Positions 16,077 through 17,365 of a stretch of DNA of 17,365 nucleotides are shown piece after piece. The notes below the pieces were generated by a model. It was not told the origin of the DNA and searched no databases. It saw nothing but the letters and a program-made list of their open reading frames with translations. The stretch spans positions 1 to 17,365 of the forward strand of contig JBMFMB010000022.1 of assembly GCA_049970895.1 (NCBI GenBank). Reading direction: 5' to 3'. Made by a program: the position numbers and the translations under genes. The first letter of the stretch is position 1, and each line of letters opens with the position of its first letter. The stretch comes from Candidatus Bathyarchaeia archaeon (GTDB lineage: Archaea > Thermoproteota > Bathyarchaeia > Bathyarchaeales > Bathycorpusculaceae).

Positions 16077-17042
16077 ATGAATGGCGGTTTAAGCGTAAAC
16101 CGGTTTGCATGGAAACTACTGGAAAAGCTCTGTGGAAACCCCGAATATTATGGCGTGAAGGTTGAAAGGGCAGAATGTGGAGCTACAATTGTTGATGCTG
16201 GAATAAACGCGAAGGGCGGCTTTCAAGCCGGCAAAGTTATAACAGAAATTTGTATGGGTGGATGTGGAAAAGTCGTTATAGGCTTTAGGCAGTACGGCGA
16301 GCATGAGCTTCCAACAATATTTGTTTACACAGACCACCCTGCCATAGCCACTTTAGGCTCACAGTTTGCAGGCTGGAACATTAAGGAGGGCGAATACTTC
16401 GCCATAGGCTCAGGACCGGCAAGAGCCCTAGCCCAAAAACCAAAGGAAATCTATGAAAAGATTGGCTATAGGGACGAGTTTAACAAAGCTGTAGTGGTCT
16501 TAGAAACAGAAAAAGTGCCGCCGGAAAAGCTTATGAAGCGTTTGGCTGAAGACTGCCAGGTCCAATGCGAAAACTTGGCAATAATACTGACTCCAACAGC
16601 AAGCCTAGCCGGAGCAACACAAGTAGCCGGAAGAATAGTTGAAACCGGAATCCACAAACTCACAAAGTTAGGCTTTAATCCAAACGCCATCCTATATGCT
16701 TGGGGATGCGCCCCCATACCGCCAACCCACCCAAAATTTGTTAAAGCCATGGCACGGACAAACGACGCCATCCTATATGGAGGTGTAACCCAGTATATAG
16801 TCGATTATGAAAATGAGGATGAACTAGCAAAAATAGTTGAGAAAGCCCCGTCAAAAGCCTCAAAAGATTATGGCAAACCCTTCATGGAAATTTTCAAGGC
16901 TGCAAACTGCGACTTCTACAAAATAGACCCAAACATATTCGCACCAGCAAAAATAACAATAAACAATATAAGAACTGGAAAAACTTTTACGGCTGGAAAG
17001 ATTAACCTCGAGGCTTTGGAAAAATCCTTCGAACTAACTTAG
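16077..17042 (+). CDS. mch: Methenyltetrahydromethanopterin cyclohydrolase
   Basis: LSVN, IVDAG, LGSQFAGW, GSGPARALA, QVAGRIVETGIHK, TNDAILYGG, DFYKIDPNIFAPA. ATG 16077 preferred to GTG 16062. Confidence 0.96.
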   Translation: MNGGLSVNRFAWKLLEKLCGNPEYYGVKVERAECGATIVDAGINAKGGFQAGKVITEICMGGCGKVVIGFRQYGEHELPTIFVYTDHPAIATLGSQFAGWNIKEGEYFAIGSGPARALAQKPKEIYEKIGYRDEFNKAVVVLETEKVPPEKLMKRLAEDCQVQCENLAIILTPTASLAGATQVAGRIVETGIHKLTKLGFNPNAILYAWGCAPIPPTHPKFVKAMARTNDAILYGGVTQYIVDYENEDELAKIVEKAPSKASKDYGKPFMEIFKAANCDFYKIDPNIFAPAKITINNIRTGKTFTAGKINLEALEKSFELT

Positions 17043-17365
17043 GCTTTCTGTCAATAATTTTAAACAGTATGCGAAAAAATAGCCCAATGGAACTGTGTAG
17101 AGGGCTAAAGAGAAGTCGTAAACCGCCCTATTCATAACGGCTATTGTTTTTGCTGTTTCTGGAAAACTGAAGCCTAACAAAGGAGAAAATCCTAGTGAAC
17201 ATGGCGGCTAATGCTATTTTACTCTTGGAAGAGTGTCTTGACGCGTAGAATTTTGCAACACCAATACCCAAAAGCATGCCAAAAGTGGCCTGCCAAAAAT
17301 AGAGGGGTTCGGCATAAAGTTCTCCTTTGAAAAGGCAAATGGCACTAAAATACTTAACAGAGCTG
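17034..17365 (-). pseudogene. 3' part of a probable membrane-protein gene with apparent frameshifts
   Basis: Hydrophobic protein-like segments alternate between two frames: ALLSILVPFAF, then KGELYAEPLYFWQATFGMLLGIGVAKFY...IALAAMF, then LGFSPLLGFSF...LALYTVPLGYFFAYCLKLLTESLS*. The stop at 17036-17034 overlaps the 3' end of mch convergently. Confidence 0.35.

Noticed and set aside
1-17365. Other short ORFs in the track; CRISPR arrays, transposases, rRNA and tRNA genes
   Set aside because: The remaining ORFs are antisense or out-of-frame shadows of well-supported genes. I saw no spaced direct repeats, transposase motifs or rRNA/tRNA signatures.

Overview
Archaeal chromosomal window. The combination of a Cdv/ESCRT division operon with fwd/mch C1 genes suggests Bathyarchaeia, which is an inference from gene content only. 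From left to right: a partial class II glutamine amidotransferase; an HExxH protein; an unannotated box C/D guide sRNA (about 1169-1227); a small 2-TM protein; a cdvB-cdvA-cdvB-cdvC operon; a long intergenic hairpin; mobB with a winged-helix regulator; three paralogous Pol-beta-type (COG1665-like) nucleotidyltransferases clustered with an ECF S-component and a CitG/MdcB-family gene; fwdDBAC-mch; and a possibly frameshifted membrane-protein remnant at the right edge. The most interesting candidate system is the CitG + three nucleotidyltransferases + S-component cluster beside fwd/mch, which may be a module for building or salvaging the side chain of a pterin C1 carrier. Other notable signals are the C/D sRNA (its D' guide fits the 23S C2498-equivalent), a probable ATA start codon for the second cdvB, a BHB-like hairpin after cdvC, and a roughly 50-aa basic insertion in FwdB. 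All family calls come from recognising motifs by eye; no searches were run.
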